Shown piece by piece: positions 46,283 through 60,141 of a stretch of 64,000 nt of DNA (position 1 is its first letter; each line of letters opens with the position of its first letter). Location: assembly GCA_964035545.1 (NCBI GenBank), contig OZ037769.1, positions 13,422,633 to 13,486,632 of the forward strand. Direction: 5' to 3'. The notes below the pieces were generated by a model that was not told where the DNA came from, did not search any database, and saw nothing but the letters and a program-made list of their open reading frames with translations. Position numbers and translations under genes: made by a program. The DNA is from Bugula neritina. Lineage: Eukaryota > Animalia > Bryozoa.

Positions 46283-49200
46283 CTTTCTAGATGATTCTGT
46301 AAACATAAAAGACATTTAATATAAAACAATTCTCATCAACTTAGAAGTACAAGCTTAAGATACATATAATTTTATTGCTTTTACAATGTTAATCTAATTG
46401 AGTATTCTTTGCAGTTAAAGAGAGAGTAATTTAGCCATGCAGTAGCAATAACCAAAACCACACATCCTTAAACCTCTACAATACAGTTACATTATATATT
46501 TAAGGGGTTAGTATAATTAGAGGTTTATGAACCTTTGTTTATTCTACAGAGCAGTGAAAACCTTAACAGTATTGTTTATAAGCAACTTTTATAAATTGAA
46601 TTGAGTTCACACAACTCTTTTACCACTAAAGTGAAAGGAAAGTTAGCATGCTGTGCTAATAATTAAGTTAATTGCTGAGGCAGAGGTAGCAGCTATTAAA
46701 ATGCGTTGCTTTCTTGAATAATAAAATTAGTTTTAAATGTATTTGTAGCAATTTATTGGAGCCCTGTGCAAGTCTGCATGAACATGTCAATGTTTCTTCA
46801 GCTAGTATAGGGGCAAAACTGTTGTGTGTTTCAGGCAAATGAACTGCGAGTTTGGTTATTTCAGGACAGTGGTGTGTCATGCCTTGTCATAAATGATGCC
46901 TGCCAATTTATAATATTTTTACATTAAAATGACAGCTACATTGAAATGTTGAATAAATTAAAAGGCCTTTGTCAGCCCTCATGAACTGCATAAAGGAAAA
47001 CGAATTACATTTACAGAAAAATGACCTTCGTGCAAAGTTGTTAAAGTGTTTTACATTATGATCTCATACACTGGCCTGTAATATCTGAACATCTGGCATA
47101 GAGCCCAACCCACCCCTTCACTGTATCACACCATCTCTCTACGTGGCAAACTCCTCTTAATTAAAATTCAACAGCCACAGCCTATTAGCCTCAGTACCTT
47201 CTATCACAGTACCAAGCGTTAGCCGGCACCCCCTTAGCTACTGTCACAAAAAGAGGAAGCTGATGAAATCTAACTACTGCTGGTCTGGAAACTTGTGTAA
47301 TAGTGTACTAAATGCTAGGTTAATCAATGGTAATCAATCAGCTAAAGACGCATTTTCAGTAAGTTACAGGAGATTGCTTTTACTTAGTAGCTGATATTCA
47401 TTTGTTCTTCATCAGAAAACTTCATACATTAAAATGATATAAACTAAATGACACGTTCGGCAAAAGCTGGAATATATGACAGCAAAGTGCGTCTGAGTTC
47501 ATGTATAATCAATAATAATTACACTAACAGTAAATACGCGCTATTGCTGTGTATATTGTTAGAGTATGTGTATTACAGGCAATGCAGCCTTTTCAACTTA
47601 CATTATTACCTACCAAATGGCATGACTTATTCTGGTAGAACACCCAGTAGCACAACTTGCTATATTTAGCACCTTACTATAAATTGAACACAACTTTCTA
47701 TTTTTAGCAATTATATATTTAGCTGTTATAGTATATCGGCATGCTAACTTATATAAGCTCTGATCCCTTAGTCACAAGAAATTAATTTTTTTTGGTTATT
47801 AGACTGAATTTGTATCAAGAAAATGGAAAATATCTAATTAATGTTTTTATCATATATTCTTATTATTACATATTGTTGTAGTGATTATTGTTATTTTTAG
47901 TGTGTAGTAAAATTCTAAAAAATTGCATAACTCCAAGCAACAATGTCGGTGAAGTGATGTGAGGACAGCAGATGATGTTGTTGCTAAGTGAAGTTACTAG
48001 ATGATTCACAACTAAAACCATTAGCATTGCTTATATATAACTGAATGTTTTAAATTTAATCTATAAAATTATGAACACTACTGTTATATCAGAACTTATC
48101 ATATCATGAGCCTCTTCTTTACATGAAAGCACTAGCCTTTATCACTTTGATTATACATTGCTTTTATTTTTAACTTTACAACAAAAATAGGACAGAATAA
48201 AATTATAATTTTAGAGGTCTAAGGTAGGTGACAGTGTAAGGAAGTTAAAAAGCCTGTGTTTTAAATGAAAAATTTCACAAAGGTCGTAGCCTATCTGAAA
48301 AGGATTTTAAACCTCATGCTTCAAACTAAATTTCATAGACTAACTTAACAACTATTAGAAAATTTTCAACTACACATTTGAATGAGAAAACATGGCAAAC
48401 AACTGGTTATTATGAATTTTAAGTATGTTTTTAATTTTTATTTAATAAAATCATAATTACACTTACCTTAAAATCTAGACAGTGACTGGAAGTTGAGCAA
48501 AATGCAGTTTCTGAACACTAGACTTGGTTTTGTAGAGACAAAATCTGAGCTACAACACTGAGGTGATCGTGAGGAATGTGTAATGGCTAAATTCAATACC
48601 AAAAACACTCCTACAATCCTTTATTTACGATGATCTTTCCTTTAACAAACAAGTTTTTGTTCTTATCTATCAACGCTTGTAAAACGTAGACAATGAAGCA
48701 AACATTAATCGTGCTGAGAGCTTTATGTTGGACGTAACGATGATAATTTACAAGAACAAACACTTCATTGTAGTACAACAAACAGTGAAGTCATACATGC
48801 GTATGGCGTGACAATTTATTAATCCCATTCAAAATGAACAGGCAATATCGATTGACCAATAGTATCGCACTAAGCGGAAGCTCTACCAATCGCTAGAGCC
48901 TCACGTGTGAACCGTAATGATGTATCTCCAACACGCATTATTAATATTCTAATACGCGCTAATTGATTATTTTGTAGTCAAGGCAACAAGACAACTTGCC
49001 TACGTGGACGATTTCATAAACATATACACGGACGTTTTTTGCTTATAAAAAGTGTACAACTTTAAAATAATGCATATTCATTATGAAGCTATCATATTAT
49101 CTAATATTAATAATAGTATAGTAATAATAATATTTTTATTTAATAACATAAAAAATCAGGGTTTAGGGTAGGGGTTTGGGAAAGTTTAGCATCAGTGTGC

Positions 49201-52200
49201 CATTTTTACCTACATTTTATTTGTGCCATTATTACCAGCGTCATCATTACCTGTGCCATTTTTACTGTGCCATTTTAATTTATAAAAAACTTATTTGTAT
49301 TCTTCTCAGCTACCAGAACCCCCCTCCCTCCTTTTAAAAAAAGGAAGCAAAGAACTTAGTCTAACTAAACAACCTAACAGACCTAGGAGACATTTAATGT
49401 GATTGTAATAAAAAAGCTGAAGACAGCTTATCACCATTGTATATGAACACTGAGAGATGATATATGATTATTGGTTGTTGTCCATGTGAACTTGAAATTG
49501 ATTAGAGAATAATTGAGGGATGGAACTTAGTGTTTACATTGTGCTAAAAATATTGCAAGCCTAACTTCTCCTTCTGTTCAAAAGTTACTTTGAGAGTAAC
49601 TATAAATGTTTCATCAGAGTTTATATCGCTGTAGATTATTAAACTTAACTTGCCCTTAAATTGAACAGTGGTGCTGGTAGATCAGCACTGTTTCATTCAA
49701 CGTTGTTTTGTTTTTGGGCTGCAACCTATATAGCAACAGCAAGCTGTAATGATTGAGGCTATAGTTATATATGCAAGAGATAAAAGACGTGCATGCGCCA
49801 TTCCAGAAAAAATTTGATTGAAAATTTTGATAAATATTTTGTGATCAAATTTTATAAAAAATTGATAGCAATTTCATAAAAAGTATTTATTTTTAGGCTA
49901 CAAGCTATAGTTATATAATAGTTGATTTATTTTTAAAATTATTGCACTTACATCAGAGTATAAATAAACATATTATAAGATAACACTACCTTTAAAACAA
50001 AATTTTTTTCTCTGCCTATTATAGCAGCTTCAACAAGTGTAACTAAAGCGAGGTAGGTGCAGTAATGGAGAAATTGAGAAAAGCCTGTGTTCTAAATTAA
50101 AAATGTAGCAAAAAAGTTATGCTCTCATAAGAATTTCAATCTGCACCCCAAACCAAAATTTAATAATAAAATTAAAGAACTAAAAATTAAGCTGTCTCAA
50201 TTTTTCCACTACTGCCCTGAAATGATTAATGCTTAATATTAAAGTGAACTGTTGGATTTCTGTATGAGATAATGTGTCTTTGGCAAAAAAGTTTAAATTA
50301 TTGCATAAGCAAAAAACTACAAAACAGAGGGATGGCTGAGTGCAGAGTCTGTCATATTCTTATCTAACACTGCCAAGTTTACGGTATGGTAAGTTTTGTT
50401 CATCAGTCAAAGCCCATGCCTAATTTCGAAAAGCTCTGCGCGATCATGCCATTTTCGCTCAAGTGTCTAGCAAAGCAACTTTGGCCTATTTATGAAAGCA
50501 AATAAAGCCAGCATTGGCTATTGAATCCAAAACTTACGCAATGATTGCTTTAAAATGATTGTTGTGAAATCGCTTTCATCTGACATTCATAATGCTAAGT
50601 ATGTAAACACTGTATTCCACACTCACTATAAGCAAACAGCGCCTATTACACAACTTTCAACTGCTGTCATTCTGCCAAGTTTATTTTAATCTATTATATT
50701 ATTATTGATCTATTATTTTATTATTATTGATCTATTGTCTTAATATTATTGAGCATAATATTTACAAATAGCAGTATAGGTATGCCATAAAAAGTGCTGC
50801 ACTATAAAATCATTCACTGTGCAGTGAATGGCTAAGGAATTATAATATTTTAATGAAAACATGTCTAATTTGAATAATGAGTTTTAGTGTAATGTTGTTA
50901 ACAGCCATTAGTATAAGGAGTTTTGTCAGTGCAAATCTAATGTGTAGCACAGTTACATAATATTCCTTTATGTTTGTTGGTAGCTATATGAAATAACGTT
51001 ACTTTTCTAAAGTTTTAGTATTATACGTATCTAAATCTGGTAAAATGCCAAAACAGGCCCCTTTCGAAATAGTTTAGTTTATTCATTTGTGTTAGTTTAT
51101 AGGCATTAGACCACAGGTGTCATTTAGTGCATTCTGTAAGCATTATAAGAGACCCCAACATGGGGTAGATAAAAGTTATTGCTAGCTTTCCCATGCAGCA
51201 TTGACACTAGACAAAAGATCAGCAGCCTTAGGAGTTGTTTGACCTTTTGTTGAATGAAATGCAGCCTAAACTAACATTTAGAGCCCCACACTAAGTGAAC
51301 GCTGTCAAGCGTTCTTATTTAATAATTTATAGATTATTGGATTGTAGCACTTCTATCTTTAGACTCTAATATGAAGGAAATCTTTAATTAATATGAAGAA
51401 GCTACTAGAACATCTTTGGGAATTTCCAATGGTGGTGCCATACACTATTATCTATGGCTACCTACAAAATAAAAGTTGATGATATTGCGTAATATTATAT
51501 GAAGAATAAAGTTTGAAGTGACACATCTACTTATATCCCTACTTGAGTTTGTATCTTCTATTTTCAGCATAAGCCATGCAGCAGTATATAATAATTATGT
51601 TAACTGTAGTTTTGACAGCAAGAAAATTTCAATAACCTCAGTTCTTCTACTATCATACTGATAATTCTAATTTTAGGGCAGCAAATAATCGTTAGAAAAG
51701 GCTATATAAAAAGTCACATGCTGTTATATCTATTTACACATTGATATTTGTAAATATTTACACTAGCTTATGACTTTATTATGAAAAGTTGTGCAACAAG
51801 CTTTGGCTAGTGGTCTGATATTAAATCCTAGTCAAATATTGATATATAAATCTCATTTGTGTATAACAACTTTATAAGAGCTATGCTATAATCAATAATA
51901 TATTTGTTGCATATTTAAAAAATTACGATGGGTAGTAAATTATAGTATCATTTTGTTGTTGATGTCATAGCTAAAGCTATAGCCAATGCGGACTGTTTCA
52001 TTCTGCCATTCTGCAAATATTTTAAGTTATTCTCATATTTTCTTGGATTGCACTGCTGCATTCATCTTAATTAGCTCTAAGATCCTAAATAATCTCACAA
52101 AGCAAAAGTAATATTACAGCCACCAGTACTTCTTTAGTTATCACTAAAAATATAAAATCTGTAGTATATATAATATTTGTATGTGTTAATTGTGTCTTAG

Positions 52201-53476
52201 TATAATATGGAAATATTTATTGTCACAGACTGAAAGAAACCGTTACATCATACGTTATAAGTGTAGTTGCAAGTCGCAAGTAGCAAGACGCAGCCTAGAA
52301 GATAAGTGAAAATGCTGGGTTTTTATACCAGTCAAAAAGGTTAGCTTTTGTGTAGTAGCAATAATGAGTGTGGAAAAAGCATAATATAGCTGTCATAGCT
52401 GTGATGATACATGAAAAGCTATCATGAATTAGGGAAAAACTTTCACAACTCTGTAAAGTCTCAGCAATATGACTATAGCAGACTGTTTTATAGGAAGTTT
52501 AAAACTTAGATCACATTTTTATTCAATCTGAAATGTGCACAATATCAGGCTTGTTATAAGAGAACATTTCTACTCATTAGGTAAGACAACCCTTTGACCT
52601 TCAATAGAAATAACCTGTAATATGCTGCTGTGTTGTATTCAGTGGCACAATTTTGCATCAATTCAAGTCACATAAATTTCATTTATTCACAAACATATTA
52701 TTGTTATAGTTACAGTTATTTACACATTTGTATATACTATGCAAATCACATCAAAATCTGAATATAACCACATATTGCAAGCATACATTATATTTAAACA
52801 CTTTATAGTATTACATAATACAATCTATATAGGTCCTATGTAAAGAATTAATAAAATTGTGTGATTGTTGAATATCAAACATTATTAAACATTTTAAATA
52901 AATAATATAAATAATCTGACATGGCTTTATAATAGACATAATTATATAATGAAACTTAAATGCTTATAATATAAAATAGTATATTTGCCAAAAATAATTG
53001 TAGATTAATAGATTTTCATTTAGATTTAAATTTGGATATTATTATTTGTTAATTGTTTTCAAATTAAAACAAAAGCAGTTTTATAGTAGCTGTAGCATTG
53101 TATTCTGTTTTAATTGATGAACAATGAAACCATTAGTGTGTTATCTCAACATATCTATTTCCAGTCAATACACAATGCATGGTAGTTAGTAGGAATTGTT
53201 CAGTTCTATCACTAAACTTTATAGACTGTTTAAATAGACAATCACAAGGCAAAACAAAGAAGCTGTTGTATTGCAACTTTATTGAGCAAACTTTATTTGC
53301 AAATAAATATCAATAATTGTAGCCTTCATACAAATATCCTATTATAAAATTATACATGTTTATATTTTGCTATAATATCCAATAACTGATGTTAATAAAT
53401 ATATATTCTAATTTATAGTAGATAATAATGTGGAGTAACAATAATTATGTTCCTAACTTTAAGGAATTATGTAACT

Positions 53477-53685
53477 GTGGTGTAGTGCATGGTTAGAGTG
53501 CTGAGCTATAAGTAAACACAAGGTCAGAAGTCCAAACATTGGTGGTGATGTTAGGAAGAGCAGTCACAATTGCACCTGTGCCACATAGATAAATGAGTCC
53601 TTAGCCCACTTTAACAAGACTTTTTCATGGAAGAAGAGAGAGAGGGGGGTTTGTAGGGGGTTCACAGGGATAGTGGCTATAAACT
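53477..53685 (+). mobile_element. Degenerate tRNA-derived SINE followed by (TA)n at ~53715-53744
   Basis: GGTGATGTTAGGAAGAG core and AATGAGTCCTTAGCCC..TTTAACAA match the reverse complement of 5690-5895. Confidence 0.55.
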
Positions 53686-53712
53686 TGCATTATGGGTTAT
53701 TGTTATTAACTT

Positions 53713-53744
<32 letters not shown>

Positions 53745-54877
53745 ATGCCACTTACTTACATTCTTCTTTGTGAAGAAATTGCTTCCTCGGATGTATTGTA
53801 AGTAAATTGAAGATTGGGCCACTACCATATTATAGTAATTAGCTAACAGCTGTACTAAGCAGAAGTGGTATTACTACGCAATGTAAGTTTACTAGCTCAA
53901 AGGGATATTCCCACAATTAAGATTTTAAGGTTTGTCCACTCTTGAGTGGAAGCTCTCTTGGCGATAAATATTATAACCAATCAGCAAAGATGGAGTTGTG
54001 ACAACTGAGAGATTAGGAAAGCAAAGGTTTTAACTAAAATATTTTATTGGGTGCAGAAACTGTTGTATTTATGTAATCAATATAGGAATGGGTCATCATG
54101 CATGTTGTCAGTAATTTGTGTGAAAAAATATGCACTTTGTGTGAGATTAATAAGTAGATTAGGTAAACTGCCTAAATAATTAAAACAAATGTGTATGTTT
54201 AACTGGAAAGTGATGAAACTCAAAGCATTCATATTTTAGCAGTTTACAGAAAATAATTAATACAGCTATAGTTTTTCACTAAAATATTCGACTTTTCACT
54301 TAAAAGTTTGAAACCTAGTTGCATATTAATTTGCTTGCATATTATTATAAACAGTGAACCATTTAACCCTTCTATAGACAACCATGTAGCATAGAAAAGT
54401 AGTTAGTGCTATACATAGTCACGTGCATAATATAGTTTTTAATTTGAATCAAAATAGAAATATAAACTTAAACCTTATAATATTACTTCGCAGCTAACTT
54501 GCAATATTGAACAAGAAAATAATTGCAAACACTACAAAAATGCAAGTAAAAGTGGTCATATTAGGTGTCTTAGACTTGCCCAGACTTGCTCGCGAGCTTG
54601 CCCTCCGCGTCCTAATCTGACGTAGGGATGGCAAAATAGCCCTATTGTAGCGTGAGTTTATATCGCGTAACGTTGTTCAGAAGCGGGTTTGTCACAGATT
54701 CATGTTGTTCGGAGCTCAAATCACACGAGTGTTACTCTTCGGGCGGCTACTAATAATCAACGTCAGCTATCAAAAAGTAAGAACGGGAACTAATTTGCCT
54801 TATCTTGACATTGAAATAAGTTATTCCACTTCGTTGGTTTTTAACCTCCTGCGATTAACAGTGTGGTATATTAATAT

Positions 54878-55229
54878 TGTAGTAATTTGTACAATTACTG
54901 AGCGTGAGTTATTTACTTGCGTATAGTTAGCTGGTTATTCTGTTATCAATTACTAAGGTAGCTGTCGAGTAATTATATTTATTATCCACAATAAAGCATA
55001 AACCAAACATCACATCAAATTATCCTATACAAGAGTCAACTACTAACACATGTTACTACTACAAGCCTCCGCTTACAACAACGTGCTATAATGTTAATAA
55101 CCCGGGAAGTGTCACGTGAATCGGAAGCATATCTTCCGGAGCTGCTAATTGGTTGCTACATAAGAGTCTAAGTATTCCAAGAGTAGGGAGAGGGCGATTC
55201 CTGTATTTGTACTTGCACTACTCACTACA
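54878..55229 (-). repeat. 3' LTR of E2
   Basis: TGTAGT...ACTACA; identical to 59790-60141. Confidence 0.95.
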
Positions 55230-55520
55230 CCGTCCCCCCCAGCAGAAAGCCCTACTTTCTGATAACACAATAAAAAAACATAATGAAAAACCATACAATA
55301 ATCCAAAAAGAAAAACATATATAAGTAAACCCACAAAGAGTAAGAAAAGAAATAGTTAAACACGACAACATTTACATTAGAAGACAACAGGGTGATCGAT
55401 CACACACATCTAGTCAGCTATTAAGAGAGAGGGTGCTCACCAGCACGCGGGCCAATGTCGGAGCGCTCGTCACATTCCAAACGAGCTATAGCTCAACGAA
55501 GGTGCCTACCCCAGGTATTC

Positions 55521-56318
55521 TCATTGGTTGGACTCTGCTTCTTGTAGCGACCGTGCTCTGTGTCGAGCCTGTCGGGCCCGTAGCCGCCTCTTCAGTCGCC
55601 CCACTGAGTCCTTCAACTGGTATAGACCTGTCGTCGTATCCAGCAGGTCAGGGGCAAGTTGTGTGAACTCGGCTTGCAGTCTTAGAAGCCGCTCTTCTAC
55701 GTTAGCCAGCTGGCTAGGCCTTGGTGGGGTTATAGGGGTCTCCGTTAGACGGGATATGGTTGTTTCTTCTACTTCTGGGGTGTTGCTAGGGTTGACGGGG
55801 GTAGGAGGTGGGCCCTGAACCATAGGGGACTTATGGCGGGCAGATAGTAGCAGTACGTGAAACCCTGACGTTAGTGCGGCCAGGGTGATAGCCTTCCTGA
55901 TGACTGGCTTGATGGCATCCAGGTATAGGGGGAAACTGTCTTCATCAACAGTGTGGTTCTCTTCGGCGAAGCAGCTTAGCTTATGTACTGTCACGGGGTA
56001 CGGGTAGACGTCGTGGAACCCGCAGGGACTGAAGTGGAGTAGGAAATGGGCGTCTACATGTAGACGCAGGGAGCGTTGCGACGGGCACTCCTCAAAGCAG
56101 ACCTGGCAGGTTCGGTGTGGTCCACTGGGTCCCCAGGCTTCTTCAATTCTCTTCTCTGTCGTGGGTGACACCCAACGGTGTCGTCGGCGGAGTACTACGG
56201 GTATGCCATTCTCCATTACAGGTTCTTCTTCCATAGACAGAGAGGTTGGCTGGTCCCGTGACCGGGAGGTGGTCACTCGAGTGTGATCTGAAAGAGTAGC
56301 AGTGTTAAGATTATACAC
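55521..56318 (-). CDS. E2 ORF3: zinc-finger / coiled-coil accessory protein (first ATG 56234)
   Basis: CQVCFEECPSQRSLRLHVDAH finger; degenerate second finger SPCG..H; VDEDSFPLYLDAIKP..GF block; heptads LANVEERLLRLQAEFTQL..LKDSVGRLKRRL. Confidence 0.8.
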   Translation of the reverse strand: MYNLNTATLSDHTRVTTSRSRDQPTSLSMEEEPVMENGIPVVLRRRHRWVSPTTEKRIEEAWGPSGPHRTCQVCFEECPSQRSLRLHVDAHFLLHFSPCGFHDVYPYPVTVHKLSCFAEENHTVDEDSFPLYLDAIKPVIRKAITLAALTSGFHVLLLSARHKSPMVQGPPPTPVNPSNTPEVEETTISRLTETPITPPRPSQLANVEERLLRLQAEFTQLAPDLLDTTTGLYQLKDSVGRLKRRLRARQARHRARSLQEAESNQ

Positions 56319-56595
56319 TGAGGCACCGTCGGCGTGTACAGCCTGACCGGTACTCTGTTCAGTTACACTCGTGAGATTCAGGCTAATGAATAGTTGATGG
56401 AGAACACACTCGCTATGACAGATTATTTAAAATCAAAGTCGACGTGTATTCCCACCACTGTTTATCATTATCGAATCTCCAGCTAGCTAGTGTAGCTAAG
56501 CTGACTGATGCAGTCTAGTTATCGTACCAAAAACATAATTAACTCACCCTTCGATCCAGAATAGTAAGACATTTTGGAATGAGAGTGGTAACTGA

Positions 56596-58855
56596 TTACT
56601 GTTTACTGGCACGTCTACTCTCGACTGCATCAACATAGGAAAAGACCGGACAGCGTGGTTGTGAAACGTGACTAGGGCTTTTCACTTCCAGCGGATGAAT
56701 CTCGTGCGAGATTCCGCCGAGGCAAAAGTTGAGATTCTCGTGGTGATCACAACTCCCACGGCTCTTTGCCTGTTTTCCCATGCGAGGCCTCTCTAGACTT
56801 TTGTTACTGCCGCTTATACCGCGGTCACGTACACAGTCTCTGAGACACGCTGGAAGTTGCCTAGTGTGTGGTCCTGGTCTTATGTTGGTATCTCCTTGCG
56901 GAGCCCCTCCCACGGGGGGTTTTTGCACTTCCGGACCTGTTTCTGGTTCCGGAAGTGGTGATGATGGCAGGCTTGACGTTGGGGGCGGTGAGCGCACTTT
57001 CAAGGACGGAAGTGGCCTTTCTCGCCTCGCCAAGTCTTCCTGACGTGTCATGGAGGTGTTTCCGGCCAGGTTGACAGTCTCCGCCTGCCGAGACCTTCTC
57101 GCACAATGCGTCTGCCGCCCCGCTTCACCAGGGAGACGGCTATGCTTGTTGGTCTGGCAGACTTTGCACCGTCTCACTCTGCGTCGGATATCCCGTTCCA
57201 TGTTAGGCCAGTACCACCGGAGTTGTAGCTTGGTGACCACCCCTTGGACTCCTCCGTGAGTCTCCTCGTGGGTGTCTTGTATCAACTTCCGGCGGATGGC
57301 AACTGGGCAGACAACCCTCTTCCTGGCTGGCTGTCTGCTGTTGGCGGCCAAGGTCATGGTTAGCAGACCATCTGGCCCGACCCGCAGAGAGCTCCAACGT
57401 TGACAGTACAGCCGTAACTCGGCGCATCCCTGTCGCCGTTGTGTACTACTGGGTCGTCGCCCCTTCTGTTTCGCTCGGTACACGTCGGCTACCACCCCAG
57501 GAAGGCATTCCTGGAGCTTCGGCAGCTCCCTAACGTTACCAGCCCATACAGGTTTGGCGCGGAGGCTCTGGGCAGCCTCCGGGGGCGTGTCAGCCCTCTG
57601 TTGGAGTAGCTGAGCAGGGGCGGTCCTCTCCGCCCGTGGTACCTCACGGCAGCCTGCTCTATTTAGGCGGGCTCCGTGGTCTGTGTGGCTGAACGCCTCA
57701 CTGTACCCATGTGGCAACCTAGCCATAGCCTGGCGCTTCCCGTTGCCTGTGCAGCCACGCGTCCCCGAAGGAGGGGAGGCGTGGGTTGGGACGGTCCTCC
57801 GCCCTCGAGACGGGCTCTGCTGAGGACCTTCCGTCGTAGCTCCCGACGACGGCCCAATGGCTTCCTCCTGGACAGGATGGAAGCAACCCAGCATGGATCT
57901 GGGTGGTAGGTCTACTGTCTCTGAGAAGGGGTTGATACACTGCACTGAGATCTCTCCTTGCCCCGTGAGCCGGCTAAAACTACGGGCAAGTTGGACTCTC
58001 GAGTGCGTACTTTCGACAACTCCCAACTTAGAGGTTTGGCCACCGTCTACCTTGCAGCGGACGGTAGCCCGGGAGTGGCCTGGTATAGTACAGCTCCGTA
58101 CTACCTGCACTGCTCCCGCTAGAGGACGACCAAACTTATCGACACAAGCGAGCTCCTTGTCGCCCATGATTATCGCAGATTTACTGAAATCGATGCGACA
58201 ACCGTGTCGTTGTAAGAATGGCATCCCGAGGATAGCATCCTCGTTGAGCTGCCCGACGATAAACGTCTCTTGGATGGCCTGGTTACGGACGTAACCAGTT
58301 AGCTCAATAATGCCGTAGAAGGGAATGCACGACCCGTCTGCCAGGGTGCCATGACCCCCCCTCATACGGTGCCAACCCGTCCTTGACCTTAGCGCTGAGG
58401 GTGTCATAGAACTGACGGCTAAGGAGGTTGGTGGTGCAGCCGGAGTCCAGGAGGAAGTTGGCAGGCTTGCCGGCTAACTTCCCTGGTAGGAAGTAGCTAC
58501 TTCCGTGCGGCTGCAATTGAGTGTGCCGTGGTTGCACCTCCCTCGCTGTGGGTCGAGGGGTCCACGGTTGGCGGCGACTGTTGACCAGCTGCCGAGGTTG
58601 GGGCGGTACGCCTTGCGGCGCTTGTACCGTTTCCCTCGCAGGCTCTGTGGTCAACCATCTGCCGGCTCCGTGTTGGTGCCGGAGTGGCGTAGAGGACCCA
58701 GGCGGCGAGTGGCTTGAGCCTACTTGCCGCGGGGGTCGCCACTTCACAGCATCTCCGCGCGGCGCCCAGCGGGGCGACAGACGCGCGGGCCTCCCTGGGT
58801 GATTCACAGACGGCCCGCAGGAGGTGGGAACATCTGCGGGCCGGGGTAGTTTAAC
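56596..58855 (-). pseudogene. pol: E2 internally deleted pol (protease, PR-RT spacer, integrase HHCC, C-terminal tail)
   Basis: FLLDSGCTTNLL protease. One extra base in a G7 run (58355-58361) splits the frame. Homology to E1 jumps from the start of RT to NVRELPKLQE, keeps H..H..WYWP..CKVC, then skips the DDE core. No YxDD motif. Confidence 0.88.
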
Positions 58856-59754
58856 CCTGGTGGGAGTTGAGGGCAGTTTCTCTGGAAATGTCCTGGCCTT
58901 CCGCATTCCCAGCAGAAGTGGTGCCCCATGCCTGGTGATTGTACCTGCGGCCCGCAAGGCTCACGGGCAGTATCTACCTGGCTTGGGGAGGCTAATGTGG
59001 TGACCAGTTTATCTAGCATGTCAGTCATCTGTGAGATTTTTGACGCTAGTGACATCTGGTTCACACTAGCCACCGCGGAGGGTTCCGCATTTAATTCGGT
59101 GTGAGCAGTAGAGTGCTCCGTGGTCACCTGGCGGGAGGCCACGCGGTTGCGGTGCATATGAGTCGCCAAGAGATAGGCTTCTCCCACCGCAAGTGCATCT
59201 TCGACTGTGGTGACTCCCCTCGCTTGGAGTTGATGGTGGAGCCCCAAGTCGTTGATGGACTGCACGAAGGCATCATAGGTATACCTCTCACGGTGTACCG
59301 GAGGCAGATCGCGGAATGCGATCTGCGCTAATGGGTACACCGTGGCAGCGTGCTCTTCTAGTGACGTGTGAGGATCACGCCGCATCCTCTGTAGACGGGC
59401 CCGCGCATCTATGGGAGAGATGCCAAAACGGGCCCGCAGGGAAGCAAAGATTCCGTCTATGTCAGGTCCAGCTCCGTACGGCTTAGCTTTGCCCGTCAGC
59501 GCCATCCTGAGCTTCAGCAACGCCACCCTTGGCGGCCATTCTGCAATCTCCATCACATCCTGGAATTCTTGGATGAACTGCTCCACTGCTTCCTCGCCGG
59601 TGAAGTTGGGCGCCTTCAGCCGGTATCTATCTTCACCATGCTCTCTAAGAATTCTCACTTCTTCATCTAACACCACTGGTTCCACAGGTATATCAACATT
59701 ATCTCTCTCACCTTCATTCAGTGGAATGGGTAGCTCCGTGCCGTCTTCTGCCAT
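58804..59754 (-). CDS. gag: E2 Gag with CCHC zinc knuckle
   Basis: DRYRLKAPNFTGEEAVEQFIQEF aligns to E1 Gag; CWECGRPGHFQRNC knuckle; ATG at 59754. Confidence 0.92.
   Translation of the reverse strand: MAEDGTELPIPLNEGERDNVDIPVEPVVLDEEVRILREHGEDRYRLKAPNFTGEEAVEQFIQEFQDVMEIAEWPPRVALLKLRMALTGKAKPYGAGPDIDGIFASLRARFGISPIDARARLQRMRRDPHTSLEEHAATVYPLAQIAFRDLPPVHRERYTYDAFVQSINDLGLHHQLQARGVTTVEDALAVGEAYLLATHMHRNRVASRQVTTEHSTAHTELNAEPSAVASVNQMSLASKISQMTDMLDKLVTTLASPSQVDTAREPCGPQVQSPGMGHHFCWECGRPGHFQRNCPQLPPGLNYPGPQMFPPPAGRL
58811..58855 (-). promoter_or_regulatory. -1 frameshift signal, E2 gag-pol
   Basis: G UUA AAC (58849-58855) in phase, then stem CGGCCCGCAG/CUGCGGGCCG with a 13-nt loop. The -1 frame is the protease ORF. 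Confidence 0.78.
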
Positions 59755-59770
59755 GACTGCTATACGCAAG

Positions 59771-59788
59771 ATCCCACCGCTGCCACCA
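59771..59788 (-). other. Primer-binding site of E2 (tRNA-Leu)
   Basis: TGGTGGCAGCGGTGGGAT, 1 nt from the 5' LTR. Confidence 0.9.
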
Positions 59789-59789
59789 C

Positions 59790-60141
59790 TGTAGTAATTT
59801 GTACAATTACTGAGCGTGAGTTATTTACTTGCGTATAGTTAGCTGGTTATTCTGTTATCAATTACTAAGGTAGCTGTCGAGTAATTATATTTATTATCCA
59901 CAATAAAGCATAAACCAAACATCACATCAAATTATCCTATACAAGAGTCAACTACTAACACATGTTACTACTACAAGCCTCCGCTTACAACAACGTGCTA
60001 TAATGTTAATAACCCGGGAAGTGTCACGTGAATCGGAAGCATATCTTCCGGAGCTGCTAATTGGTTGCTACATAAGAGTCTAAGTATTCCAAGAGTAGGG
60101 AGAGGGCGATTCCTGTATTTGTACTTGCACTACTCACTACA
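59790..60141 (-). repeat. 5' LTR of E2
   Basis: Identical to 54878-55229. Confidence 0.95.

Larger units (their letters stand above)
54878..60141 (-). mobile_element. Non-autonomous Gypsy LTR element E2 (gag, protease, IN zinc finger, ORF3; no RT, RNase H or IN core)
   Basis: 352-bp LTRs (54878-55229, 59790-60141) with no difference seen; TSD ATAT (54874-54877, 60142-60145); tRNA-Leu PBS 59771-59788; PPT GCTGGGGGGGACGG next to the 3' LTR. Confidence 0.95.

Noticed and set aside
48466-48960. Possible 5' UTR exon and CpG/CCAAT/E-box promoter of gene A
   Set aside because: Only short generic motifs and one donor site; no way to tie it to the gene without transcripts.
51466-54033. Two AG..GT-bounded segments (~51466-51730, ~53760-54033) as exons of a fifth, dead paralog
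   Set aside because: Stops in the frames examined and no recognisable CUB motifs. Only a short diverged similarity (~48220-48280 vs ~50050-50105) hints at an old duplication.
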